64,000 nt of DNA from a virus (IMGVR_UViG_3300037245_001077:32001-96000), one strand, 5' to 3'. Counted from the first letter of the stretch, positions 33,692-44,172 are shown. A program made the numbers and translations. The notes: a model not told the origin generated them from the letters alone.

Positions 33692-33720
33692 TTGACATTA
33701 CCTAGGACTTCTGGTACTGT
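33692..33720 (+). promoter_or_regulatory. Sigma70-type promoter
   Basis: TTGACA-N17-TACTGT with an extended TG. Confidence 0.55.
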
Positions 33721-35775
33721 AAAACGTAGGAGGTAAGATGACGGTTGATGAACTAAGAGAAGCCCTCATGTACATGGACTCGGACGCAGAGGTGTTACTG
33801 ACTGATGGTGTTCATTTCCTGCGTAGATTTGCTATTGACCGAATGGAAACAGATAACGCTAATTCTGTGCATAAAGTCCCTCCTGTTGTCCTTGTGGCTA
33901 AAGAACCTCCTGAAGTCCCTTGGTGGGATGAAGCTCATCGGGAAGAGCATGGATATTAACACCTTCGATGATGTGGAGAAGTTCTTGGATAAGTTCCAAG
34001 ATCCCACACGTGAGGAAGAACTCATCCTAGAGACATTAGGTATCGATCCTACTGGAATTCAGATTTATTTCATGCGTAGACTACTAATGAAGACTTACCG
34101 TTATGGTAAAGAGCATGGATATGCTGGATCGTTGGATGTGATACGGAGGAGATGATGATGGGTTGGGATAGACTAGAAAACAGATATAGGGCAATAGTGT
34201 TGGCCGTAGTAGTTGTGCTCGGGGGAGCTAGTATACTTGTAGCTATCGCCATGACGTTCAACTGGCACCTACACAGGGCTTCTGTAGAGGAGTTCATGGC
34301 TAAGGAAGCGGGTGAGCACCAGAAGCTTATTGCAGAGCATGAGGTTGACTGTCCTGCTCTAAAGGGTGATACTCATTACGTTATCTTGACGGAAGAGGAG
34401 ATAGCTTTGAGGAATACTGCCAGGGTAAAGCGAGTAGAGTTTATTCGGCACGCTAGTGAGGCTTTGGGGGCTGAGTGGGAGGAACCTGACGTGAGGAGAT
34501 TTATCATGTATGGAGAACCGTTAGAATAATGACTACAATCATTATAACCCTGTTGGTAGTGTTCGTTCTTGGGGTTGCATTAATAAGTGTTGGTAAACAA
34601 TTACTTACGAGCCTTGTAACCGCGATCATACACATCAGGGAGGAACGAAAGTGAGCGATCTACCAGAGCTGTTACAGATAGTGTGGGAAGACTTTAAGGC
34701 ATCAGACGACTCGTATATGTGGCGTGTGGTGCTTTTTGGCGTTTTAGTAATTTCGGTCATAGGGATAGTGGGGTTAGCTATTTATGCCGCATAAAGATGG
34801 GAAATGGTATATCATGGGGCGCGAGGGTGTTGAGGTCTCAGGCACGCGAGGTAAGTCAAAGGATGAGACCACAAGTAAGCTCTGCGAGCAGATGGATATG
34901 CTGGATGGTATCCATCACGATTGGATCTTCTGGAGTAAGCGAGGGTATAAGCTCCGAAAGGACTAGTATGAAGCTGACACTCAACAGGCTATGGTTCTAC
35001 GCGGAGATTGCAGACGAGTGTAGATACCTGGCCGAAGACTTCAATAACGTCGTTAAACGGTACGACATAGACTTCAGGGTTAGTGATACTGAAGATGTCT
35101 TTGTGAACATGAAAGACAAGCTCATAGAGATCACTGGGAGCTATACGACGTATAACTCAGGTGGGTACGCCGACTACCAAGATTACACCATTCAGATCCC
35201 TTTTGGGTTTATTGAAGACCCAATAGAGTGGCAAGATGAATGGGAAGAGAAGCAGCATCAGGAGATGCTGGATAAGATCCAGAAAAAGGTTGAGGACAAG
35301 CGGAAGAAAGAAGATAGCCTTGAGGCCCACGACAGGGCCGAGTATGAGCGTTTGAGGGAGAAGTATGAAGATCTATGAGGGAGTACCTAAACATGTTGAT
35401 GAGTTGGTGGCTATGACGTGTGATAGGTGTGGTCGTAAAGCAAAGGTTAGTGATGTCGCGCTGATCAACAACTTTCAGACCATCACGGCTGTAGGGGCCT
35501 ACGGCTCTGAGCTGATTGGAGACCTAAGGAAGGTGGAAGTAGACTTATGTGAGAGCTGCTTTGACGCTACTCTTGGCCCTTACTGGAAAGTGGTTGAAGA
35601 GTGTGTGGACATGGGAGGGATATGAGAATTGCAGAACGTCAGATCTGGTATCTGTTGAATACCCTTAGAGATACGTTGACTATCGAGGGGGGGATATTTT
35701 CGGTCTCTCGGGAGTCACGGTTGGCTCTTTACAACGATATCATCAACCAACAGCCCAACGTAATCAGGGAATTTG

Positions 35776-35805
35776 TTGACAATACCGAGCTTTGTGTGGT
35801 ACAAC
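35776..35805 (+). promoter_or_regulatory. Sigma70-type promoter
   Basis: TTGACA-N18-TACAAC with an extended TG. Confidence 0.45.
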
Positions 35806-36302
35806 AAGAGGGTGATGAAAAAGGAGAGTCCAATGCAGTTACAGAAGACGACCAATAAGGCTAAGATTGTGAACGTGAAGCCTTTGAAGAAGGGCACCAA
35901 GGTCCAGTGGTCCTCACAGGCCGGTGGTATGCGTACCACGAAGACCGGGACCATTGTATGCGTGTTGAAGAAGGACACGAACTACTACGGGGGTAATAGC
36001 TTTCCGCAGAACTTCATGATCCCGTTTTTCCGTGAGCGCCATAATGACACTATTGCAGAAGCACAAGTGCAATTTGCCGAGGGGAATGTGTGGAAGAATG
36101 AGTGGGCGATGCAATCCGTGTATCGCATGAAGTTTGACCTTCGTGGTGAGATGTATCGTAATACCGTGCATTATCTTGTAGCTGTAGAGCAAGGTCACGG
36201 ACAGAAGCCGCATTTGTATCACCCGGCGAATTACACGGCGCTCAAGGTTGTGAAGTAGTTGTTCCTTCTTTGATTCCTTCCTTTTCGAGGAACACTTCTT
36301 CG

Positions 36303-36337
36303 GCCCGCACGGGCGTTATGACCTCGTGCGGGTTTTT
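36303..36337 (+). terminator. Intrinsic terminator
   Basis: GCCCGCACGGG...CTCGTGCGGGT followed by a T-tract. Confidence 0.65.
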
Positions 36338-37152
36338 GTTAAGGAGACAAGGTGACCAATTACCACTATCGCAAGTATGAAGGCGCTCCTCATAGTGAGA
36401 AGAAGCGCCACGCCGCTCAACCCCCCTCCAAGCTGGGTCCGAGAAAGACTTCACATGATCGTCCTGTTCGACACATTAAGAGTCTCTCCTCTCTAGCCCC
36501 TCATGATAGTCGATGGTGGTGGTCGTCGCGTAAACGCTCCTCCCCCATCAATCCTCATGTAGGCTACCCGCTATCCACCTATCAGCTCTACAGCGCAGCA
36601 GAGCACGTTATACGTCGCCTGAAGGCTAATTTGATAGAGGACACTACTCTTAAGATCTATTGGGTAGAGGCGCAGGCTACTCATGCTCAACTCACTCCAG
36701 TCTTTCATAATTTCACAGGTATAGTTAGTTGGTTGTTATACGAGGGCTTATCCCGAGGGTGGCTTACAGTAGAAACCTACTGGACTCCCAAGTCCACTTG
36801 GAGGGGTAAGGTTCACCCTGCCGAGCACCTCGCAAAGCTCAATAAGCGGTGATGACAAGATGCTTTTGCGCTTGATTAAGTGTGTGGTATTTTTTCCTGT
36901 TTTAGCAGGAGCACAAAGGCAATATGCAGTTAGGACAAATCATGAGTATACGACCTTCCAAACAAATACGGGAGCAAGTACGAGTTGCTTTCGAATCCAA
37001 TCCTACGCACGGTTATAAGCCTGCCGAGTTAGTAGCAAAGGTGGGGTTACAAGCAGGAACAGTAGCCATGGCAGTTTGGGATCTAATAGATGCAGGGGAA
37101 ATTTTCATCAACAAAGAGAAGAGGATGGAACTTACCACTGATGAGACGTTGA

Positions 37153-37353
37153 ATGCCTCTCTATCCGTATAAATGTGAACGGTGTGGGGGAATGAAAGAG
37201 GAAATTCAGCCAGTGGGGGCTGCTCCTCTTGTCTGTTGCGGTGTAGACATGCAACGGGTTATTTGTGCGCCTGCTATTAAGTTTCTTGGTAGTGGTTGGT
37301 ATGTTAATGATTCGCAGCCGACAGAGGTAGCCCTAGAGCAGGAGGACGTATGA
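37153..37353 (+). CDS. FmdB-family zinc-ribbon protein
   Basis: MPLYPYKCERCG...FLGSGWYVND. Confidence 0.85.
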   Translation: MPLYPYKCERCGGMKEEIQPVGAAPLVCCGVDMQRVICAPAIKFLGSGWYVNDSQPTEVALEQEDV

Positions 37354-37557
37354 AGAGAGAGCTATTAGACCGTGTTTACGCTTTTCTGAACGAAGTGACT
37401 CCTGTTACTACCAAATCAACTACGGGTAGGGTTACGCAGAATATGCCTGCTGTCTCAGCTAGAGGTAGCTCTGAGGCGAGTAAGCATGGTAAGTCTGCCA
37501 ATACCATGACCCGGAGAGCACTTAATGTGAAACCAGTGGCCGGTATAGGAGAATAGG

Positions 37558-37914
37558 ATGGATGTTTTCATGTCGGATGACCCAGAAGTACTGGTCTTCC
37601 ACAACCCTATCTTTAGGGAACATGACCTAAACACCACCGTTCGCCCAGGTACGGAGTTGGCTGCCAAGCTAGAGCTTGGAATGGCATTGCGTGTTGAGGA
37701 TGGAACGGGTGAGTTAGTAGGGACGGCAAACGTGGAGGGCATTTTAATAACTCACGTAGAGACAGTGCCGAGTAGTTGGTTGTTGTGTGACCATGACCCT
37801 TTGTGCAGAGATCTATCAGGGTTGATACGTGAAATGCGTAGGTGTTACGGCAACCGCAGTGTTATTGACCCAGTAACAGTAATTCTGTTCACATATACTC
37901 CTGAAGGAGAGTAA
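37558..37914 (+). CDS. ASCH/PUA-like domain protein
   Basis: NTTVRPG...MRRCYG...VTVILF. Confidence 0.45.
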   Translation: MDVFMSDDPEVLVFHNPIFREHDLNTTVRPGTELAAKLELGMALRVEDGTGELVGTANVEGILITHVETVPSSWLLCDHDPLCRDLSGLIREMRRCYGNRSVIDPVTVILFTYTPEGE

Positions 37915-37915
37915 A

Positions 37916-40683
37916 GTGTACGACGACAATAGCCGTATGGGGCTACATTTTCACATGTACTTCATTCCGTATATGCCACCTGCCGAGGTGACTAATCTAA
38001 TTATTGAGCAAATGGCTAAGGAGTATCGTAACCTTCAGATAAAGTGCAAAGCTTTTGATGATGCCTTAGCTGATCTGGAAGACCGTTATGCCGAAGAGAT
38101 GTATCCCAATCCAGATTGGGAAGAGAAAGATCTGTCAGAGAGGGACCAGGACTTGGTTTCCCGCATTAAAGGACAGACCGTTAGACTAGCTTGTGAGAAG
38201 CTCCGAAAGACTGCTGAGGAGCTGTGCAAGGCCAACGGGGTTATAAAAAGCTGAAAAACACTTGACTACATCCGCATCTTCATGTACCGTGGTACCTGGA
38301 GATGTGGAGTTGTGCCATGAGTGATTTCAAAGGAACCCTTGTTGTGACTATGCGATTCGACATACCTGTGCGTGCAGGTATGTACCAAACGGTGTTGAAG
38401 GAGAAGGGCGTAGTAACGCCTGACGATATCATTCGCATCGAAGAGCAGAATTACCTGGACAATGCGGACGACTACCTTGAGATCATGGGGGATCATGTGT
38501 CTGAAGTGTCATTTGATTTTCTGCCAGAGTCGAAAGGGGTAAAGCGTGAGTGACGATCTGTTGATTGACGATGATGAGTTGCTACCGGGTGAACTTGCTT
38601 TCACTTCTGCGGATCTCGAACGGCAAATAACAGACTTAACTGCGGTTTTGAAAAGGAAAGACGAGGAAGCCGAGCGTAGCTTGACTCAACTTCAACTCGA
38701 CGCTAACGCTGAGTATAAGCTGATAGTGAAAGAGCGACAGATGATTGAGGAGGAGCTAAATACTCTCAAAACCAACTTTGGGCGGTTAGAGGTAGAGGGC
38801 GAGAATATAAGTCTCGAAGGTAAACAGGTATTTGACCGTCTCGTGGAATTGGATAAAGAACGCATGATTGGGGTTCTGGCTATCCGCTTTCTCGCTCGAC
38901 GGATATCTGATGGTTTGATTTCTGTAGGTGCCTTACCCAATATCGACAAGAATATCTATGTGGCTCTTAGGGCGTGGGCAGAGAAAGCCACACCCCCCTT
39001 CTTTGAGGATGGCTGGCCCGAGGACAAGGCTCTTGGTGAGATACTAATGGAGATGTTTAAGGTTACTGGTACAACAGGTTCATATGCAAACATGTCTGGA
39101 AGGATCCAAGAGCTATTGACAGAGGATGAGAGCGAAGACTTCCAGAAGTACATGGACAAGGTACCGATTATTGACCCTCTTGGTATTACGAGTAAGACGG
39201 CTAGGCTGTACGCGAAGATTTCCCCTGAACTGGCAGGTGTCATACCTAAAGCACAAAGCTGGAAGCCTAGGGGGGCAGATGATATTTGAATGTGCAACTG
39301 ATGGATGTACAACTAAAACAGAGCGTAGAAGCCCTAGGCACAAGTACTGTGATGTATGTGCAACTAAAAGGAAGACCGACTATAATAAGGTTTGGTATGA
39401 AACTATTGGTGCTGAATGGAAGAGGATAAACTACTTAGAGAGCCGAGGGGGTATCCTTGTTACACCTAGAACACCGGAAGCTAAAGAGAAGACTAGACAA
39501 AGAGCTTTGAAAAGACACAGAGAGTACCAACAGCGGCCTGAGGTTAGAGAAAGACGTAAAAAATATGAGCAGCGGGCTAAAGTAGAGGAGCGTAATATTG
39601 GTTTGAGGGCAGAAATTATTGTTCTCCGCAGAGAACGCCGTCTTCAAGAGGAACGTGACGGTGGGAGACGTTTTTTTAGACGAAGAGCTAAAATTAGTGA
39701 GCCATATCTGCCAAAGCACCTTATATGGGGAAAGCCAGAAGAGGATGAAGTATCGTGAGCAAATCACAGGTTAGTAAGGAGCAGGTGGAGCACTTACATA
39801 AGAGTTGGCGCGGTAGGGGTGGGCGCAGTTCTCTGTATAACCTTGCTAAGAGACATGGAATAACCCTCAATGAAGCTTACGTGATTTTGAGTAGTCCCTT
39901 GCACGCTGCCACGAAGAGAGTGGAGATGGGGAAGAAGTTCGTGTCCTACAGGGAGAGATAATGCGAATCAAGGTCAATTGGTTTGTACGCTTCGTGGCTA
40001 AGGTGGCTAGAGTTGATCTTGATAGCTACGCCTGTGAGGACAAGAAGGACAAGAAGAGAGGCAGTGTAGACTTCAGTAAGGTAATGGCACAGCCGTTGCT
40101 ACCTCCCCGGCTTCAGTCAGACCTTAAGAGGATCATAGAGGAACAAGCAGAGCTAGCTGAGAAAATCACGGGGGTTAACCAACCACATACGGGAAGATCA
40201 CTAACGCAGGCTGGACAATGGAATGAAACAACCTTCACGGTTGGTACGGCTGAGGATCCCCAAGAGCTGTTAGAGAACATCTACTGGCCTGTGACTAAGG
40301 GTAATGGCCCTGGTGAGGTTACAGTAGACCCGTTGTCACAGGCGCGTGAGGATGCCCTTGAGGAGATCAATAGGCAGTACGCTATCCCTAAGGAGCTATG
40401 GGATAAGTTCAGGACTGAGGAGCAGATGGGGAAGTACTACCGGGAGCAGTTAGAGGAGTACATCCTTGCTAACGCACAGTCCGATGCCCCTCCACGTACT
40501 ACAGCGAAAGAGTATGCCGAGGTGGTGTATAGAGCCTTACAGAGAATGAGTGGTGTAGAGACTCCTCCCCGGCTTCAGTTCTCCCCCACACAGGACAAGC
40601 TGATAATCAGCCCTCCTCCGCCTGATCTAGAAGATGATTTGGGCGTAGATGGATGCGAGATACCAGAAGAGATGTTTGATTAG
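37916..40683 (+). other. Hypothetical ORFs (37916-38254, 38317-38553, 38546-39289, 39279-39758, 39755-39961, 39961-40683)
   Basis: Coupled + strand ORFs. Confidence 0.65.
38262..38290 (+). promoter_or_regulatory. Sigma70-type promoter
   Basis: TTGACT-N17-TACCGT. Confidence 0.4.
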
Positions 40684-41016
40684 TATTATGTTATGTATAC
40701 ACATGACATAGTTATTAACTATAGAACTTCTTTGTTTTCAGCCACTTACAAAAAGCCATGTCAGTTTTGTATATAAACGTACTTGCAGTATGTCCAATTT
40801 ACCGAGGTTACCCGGCGTTATAAGGGTATTTTATTACATAAAATGCATTTAATGTTATTATGTGTATGAGTTACAATGATTATAATCTGTAAGTTCTTTA
40901 GAATCAAGAGGTTAAAAAGTAATAAATACTACATTTAAGATACATAAGGTTTATAAGCCCGGATAACCTACATAGTTATCGTTCATTAGATGCTTTTAGT
41001 GCGAATCAAAAATGAG
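40684..41016. other. AT-rich non-coding region (candidate origin or recombination site)
   Basis: No ORF, strongly AT-rich, IHF-consensus AATCAAGAGGTTA at 40902-40914. Confidence 0.35.
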
Positions 41017-41017
41017 T

Positions 41018-41091
41018 ACCCCTGTAGCTCAATGGTAGAGCGTGGTCCTTATAAGGCCGTGACCCGAGTTCAACTCTCGGCAGGGGTACCA
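41018..41091 (+). tRNA. tRNA-Ile(UAU)
   Basis: Acceptor ACCCCTG/CAGGGGT, loop CT-TAT-AA, encoded CCA. Confidence 0.85.
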
Positions 41092-41092
41092 C

Positions 41093-41122
41093 TTGACAAC
41101 TTCGATACTTAGGTGGTATCGT
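41093..41122 (+). promoter_or_regulatory. Sigma70-type promoter for tmRNA
   Basis: TTGACA-N18-TATCGT with an extended TG. Confidence 0.55.
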
Positions 41123-41144
41123 GTTCCTAGCTTATACAGCACGA

Positions 41145-41175
41145 GGGAGGAAGGACGCGATGCGACCAACCTCCC
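41145..41175 (+). repeat. Conserved stem-loop motif, copy 1
   Basis: GGGAGG-AAGGACGCGATGCGACCAA-CCTCCC; second copy at 42897-42929. Confidence 0.55.
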
Positions 41176-41195
41176 GCCATGGTCTTTCAAAATAT

Positions 41196-41536
41196 GGGGG
41201 CGCACTGGTTTTGACAGGGATGTTTGACGAGAGGGAGAAGCGTGTCGTGTTTGCTTTCGGCGTTAACGAAGGCTACTCGTTTAGTTGACGAATTTGAACA
41301 ACTACCCTTAGCGGCATAGTTCCGCTAACGTGGTCCTAGAAACTCCACCTATCTGGAGACCACGCTATTAGGTGGGCTGAGGTTTCCGTGCTCCATTTGC
41401 AGAGGAAGGCGTAAAGCTCATGTAGGTTAACTTCCTCATCTTAAAAGTAGGGCTTGCTTGAGCCTATCAAGCTACACACGTAGAAGGCTCTTAGATCCTT
41501 CCTTGGACGTGGGTTCGATTCCCACCGCCTCCACCA
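41196..41536 (+). ncRNA. ssrA: tmRNA, tag peptide (A)DEFEQLPLAA*
   Basis: 5' GGGGGCG..TTTGAC, 3' GGTTCGATTCCCACCGCCTCCACCA, G3-U70 pair, tag ORF 41287-41319. Confidence 0.95.
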
Positions 41537-41554
41537 ATTTTTTAAGGAGACAAG

Positions 41555-41872
41555 ATGAAGTTAATCACACAAATTCCCGAGGTAGGTATCCTTCCGAATG
41601 GTTTGTGGTGGAAGTATGTCCCCGTAAGGGATGATTTTTTTCATTTCGCTATAGGTTTTTGTTGGCGTTGGGGGAAACCCTACTACGATGAGTTTGATAT
41701 GAAGGAGAAGGACTTCTCCAGAGGGTTTCGCACGTCTTTACGATTGGTGAAAAAAGGTAGAGAGTATCGACTTATTCCTGAGCTTTTCTTTTGGGAAGAA
41801 GGCCAACAGTATGGGACGAAGCAGTGGTTTGATCGTAAGCTTTGGAGAACGACCGAAAAAATATCGGATTAG
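41555..41872 (+). CDS. Hypothetical protein
   Basis: AAGGAG SD, 105 aa. Confidence 0.65.
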   Translation: MKLITQIPEVGILPNGLWWKYVPVRDDFFHFAIGFCWRWGKPYYDEFDMKEKDFSRGFRTSLRLVKKGREYRLIPELFFWEEGQQYGTKQWFDRKLWRTTEKISD

Positions 41873-41875
41873 GGG

Positions 41876-41940
41876 TTGACAAATCCTAAAACATATCCGA
41901 TACTAACTACCTTGCATGTAAATGCAACGATCTTTGACAT
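41876..41940 (+). promoter_or_regulatory. Promoter plus boxB/boxA-like antitermination leader
   Basis: TTGACA-N17-GATACT; hairpin TTGCAT-GTAA-ATGCAA; GATCTTTGACAT. Confidence 0.6.
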
Positions 41941-41944
41941 TCAG

Positions 41945-42815
41945 GATATGGCCACATGGGGTCATTAAGGAAACAGGGGAGTAATCCCCTGGAAGGGGTA
42001 ACGAGAGTGTTACGCTCGCCCACCTATCTTCGGGTAGGCCCATCCATGAGAATCGCGGGTAGCCCGAGCCACGGGTGGGTACGTGTGCCCTAACCTGAGG
42101 AGCAAGGTGATTGTACGGTGGTGCTAGATAAGGGACAAACCGGGTCTTCGGGCCACAAGGTAGCTCTTATCGATTCCTAGCAGGGATGCTAGGTAATCAT
42201 CGATCCAATTGTGAATCAGGCCACTCCTAAGCGATAGATACCTTAGTCCGAGGAAATGGCAAACCTAGGGCGGGGTAGCAGTACCATTGAGGTTTGGGCG
42301 GAATTCCCAAAAATCAAGAAGTACGGGTAAAGGGACAGCTAGTCTCGAATGCCAGGGCGCGTGTTGTATTTTGTGGCTCAAAAGGCTACGAAGCGATGGA
42401 CAGGGCACGAACCCAGTGACATTATCACCGTGAAATTCGCCTAATAGCAAGGCGTTTGGCCTTAGGACCAAAAGATGAGGGTGCAATTCCTTCATTTCAC
42501 TTCAAAACGATAAGGAAAGTCCCTGTCGGTCGCTAAGCGAAAGGGGCCTAAGCCTCTCCCCGCAAGGGAAGGGAGGCCACCGAAGCTCCCAAGGCTGAAA
42601 GTGGTCAATGTGGAAATGAAGACCTTGAGACGGCCATCTCAGGACGGACTGGAAACATCGAGTCGCGGAGCGATGACGAAGGAAATGCTACCTTCTTAAA
42701 AAAGCGGTCCTGGTCGAATACTGGAGAGATCCGGTGGATAAGTTGTTAACTGAAGGATGGAACCTTAGGGTACGGCAACAAAAGGTTGACCACAATAATG
42801 GGTAGTCTCACCATT
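41945..42815 (+). ncRNA. Large structured ncRNA, GOLLD-like (boundaries approximate)
   Basis: ~870 nt with no credible ORF, many tetraloop hairpins (UUCG, GCAA, GUAA), own promoter, next to tRNAs, internal tRNA-like domain; family assigned from recalled sequence features. Confidence 0.7.
42430..42504 (+). pseudogene. Degenerate tRNA-like element inside the large ncRNA
   Basis: GTGAAAT/ATTTCAC acceptor, D and T arms, 8-nt loop CCTTAGGA, ends TCA rather than CCA. Confidence 0.65.
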
Positions 42816-42896
42816 TTCTTTTATTCTCTACCAGTGGTAGGGAATCTTCAAAGGCTCGGTGGTGCCCGCCTGGACGAAACCACCCTATTTTGTCCC

Positions 42897-42929
42897 TAGC
42901 GGGAAGAACGCGATGCGCCTAACCCGCTA
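42897..42929 (+). repeat. Conserved stem-loop motif, copy 2
   Basis: TAGCGGG-AAGAACGCGATGCGCCTAA-CCCGCTA. Confidence 0.55.
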
Positions 42930-42946
42930 AATTTTGGTTGTAGTGT

Positions 42947-43021
42947 CGCGGAGTGTAGCAGCGGTAGCTAAGCTGGCTCATAACCAGATGGTCGGGGGTT
43001 CGAATCCCCCCTCCGCAACCA
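42947..43021 (+). tRNA. tRNA-Met(CAU), initiator-like
   Basis: C1:A72 mismatch, loop CT-CAT-AA, CCA. Confidence 0.85.
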
Positions 43022-43070
43022 AGTTTAGGGGGTGTTCTTTCACCCCTTTTCTTTATTGTCTGGAGAGAGT

Positions 43071-43223
43071 ATGACCCGCAACGCTTTGATCCAGGCTATT
43101 ATCGAGATGGTTACATCTTCTTTACCCAAGAAGATAACGTTGACCAAGAAGATTGGCAAGGATTTGTGGGTAACGGATACGAAGAGAATGCTCGCCCTTA
43201 TGAAGAAGAAGAGGAAGAAGTAA
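43071..43223 (+). CDS. Basic protein, MTREELIE family
   Basis: MTRNALIQAIIE N-terminus, Lys/Arg-rich. Confidence 0.65.
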   Translation: MTRNALIQAIIEMVTSSLPKKITLTKKIGKDLWVTDTKRMLALMKKKRKK

Positions 43224-43224
43224 C

Positions 43225-43590
43225 ATGACCCGCGAAGAGCTTACCGAAGCCATTGTTGAAGCAGTTATCGGTTCGCACGAGGCGGGTGTAGCTATCAATA
43301 CCATGTACAACCAGCATCCAAAGCTCTTTAAGAAAATAAACAAGTGGGAATCAGGGAAACGACGGCGTTTGCAGGTTATGAGAAAATTACGGTTGTCTAA
43401 GGATGACGATTTTGATATTAATGATAAGGCGGTAAGCCACTCTACACGCAAAGCGCATAAGTGGTTGTCTAAACGAAAGAATCCGTTAAATCGGACGTTT
43501 CAGGATCGGGTAAAGGCCGTAACTCGTAAGCCTTCAAAGCAAGTAGCGAAGGACGCGCATTACAATATGCGTTCTAGAATGACTTATTAG
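43225..43590 (+). CDS. Basic protein, MTREELIE family
   Basis: MTREELTEAIVE N-terminus. Confidence 0.8.
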   Translation: MTREELTEAIVEAVIGSHEAGVAINTMYNQHPKLFKKINKWESGKRRRLQVMRKLRLSKDDDFDINDKAVSHSTRKAHKWLSKRKNPLNRTFQDRVKAVTRKPSKQVAKDAHYNMRSRMTY

Positions 43591-43600
43591 AGGAAATAAC

Positions 43601-43642
43601 ATGTTCGTGACAACGATTAAAACCGAGGAGGAAAAGATCTAG
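43601..43642 (+). CDS. Leader peptide 1 (MFVTTIKTEEEKI) of tRNA operon 1
   Basis: GAGGA SD; the last 10 codons are Thr/Ile/Lys/Glu, matching the downstream tRNAs. Confidence 0.85.
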   Translation: MFVTTIKTEEEKI

Positions 43643-43647
43643 GATAG

Positions 43648-43698
43648 CCCTGGACATACCTTCGGTGTATCTCCAGGGACCGTAAGGTCTCTTTTTTT
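43648..43698 (+). terminator. Attenuator 1
   Basis: Antiterminator CCCTGGA/TCCAGGG overlaps terminator AGGGACC-GTAA-GGTCTCT-T6. Confidence 0.85.
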
Positions 43699-43708
43699 GT
43701 GTCTATGA

Positions 43709-43782
43709 GCCGGTGTAGCATAATGGCAATGCGCGTCTCTTGTAAAGACGGAGATCCAGTTCAACTCTGGCATCCGGCTCCA
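43709..43782 (+). tRNA. tRNA-Thr(UGU)
   Basis: CGTCT-CTTGTAA-AGACG; slightly irregular acceptor/T junction. Confidence 0.8.
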
Positions 43783-43787
43783 ATATT

Positions 43788-43862
43788 CACCCTGTAGAAC
43801 AATGGTCAGTTTACCGGGCTTTCAACCCGATGATCGGGGTTCAACTCCCCGCAGGGTGACCA
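43788..43862 (+). tRNA. tRNA-Glu(UUC)
   Basis: Loop CT-TTC-AA, CCA. Confidence 0.85.
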
Positions 43863-43866
43863 ACTT

Positions 43867-43942
43867 GGCGGTGTCTGCTAACGGTTAGGCAACATGGTTC
43901 TCACCCATGAAATGGCGGGTTCGATTCCCCCCACCGTCACCA
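43867..43942 (+). tRNA. tRNA-Glu(CUC)
   Basis: CATGG-TTCTCAC-CCATG, CCA. Confidence 0.85.
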
Positions 43943-43954
43943 TAGGAGATCAAC

Positions 43955-44107
43955 ATGAACGGCGACCGAAACGACAAGATGTCCGAACTCATGCGAGCAA
44001 TTCGCTGGGGGTGGGACTGTATGTACCCTGTCCGTATCAAGGGTAGTGAGAAACGTCGTTTGCGTCGAAAATACCGTCACGATGCTAAACGTGAGATAGC
44101 CCTGTAG
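43955..44107 (+). CDS. Small basic protein (50 aa) ending inside tRNA-Ile
   Basis: AGGAG SD, MNGDRNDK...REIAL*. Confidence 0.55.
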   Translation: MNGDRNDKMSELMRAIRWGWDCMYPVRIKGSEKRRLRRKYRHDAKREIAL

Positions 44108-44172
44108 CTCAGTGGTAGAGCAGAGGGTCGATAACCCTCGTGTCCGTGGTTCGAATCCACGTGGGGCTACCA
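44098..44172 (+). tRNA. tRNA-Ile(GAU)
   Basis: GAGGG-TCGATAA-CCCTC (C33), CCA. Confidence 0.85.

Larger units (their letters stand above)
32608..37172 (+). other. Array of small hypothetical ORFs (32855-33421, 33421-33684, 33738-33959, 34152-34529, 34968-35378, 35365-35625, 35833-36258, 36352-36852, 36924-37172 wHTH-like)
   Basis: + strand ORFs with SD sites. Confidence 0.65.

Noticed and set aside
41945-42815. RNase P RNA or rRNA fragment
   Set aside because: Only a partial GGAAAGTCC match is seen; the 3' AGAACCCGGCTTA-type motif is absent, and the length and embedded tRNA fit a GOLLD-like RNA better.
42825-42890. ZTP riboswitch or hammerhead ribozyme (GCCCGCCTGGACGAAAC)
   Set aside because: Only fragments match; there is no CUGANGA core and no ZTP P1/GACUGG partner.
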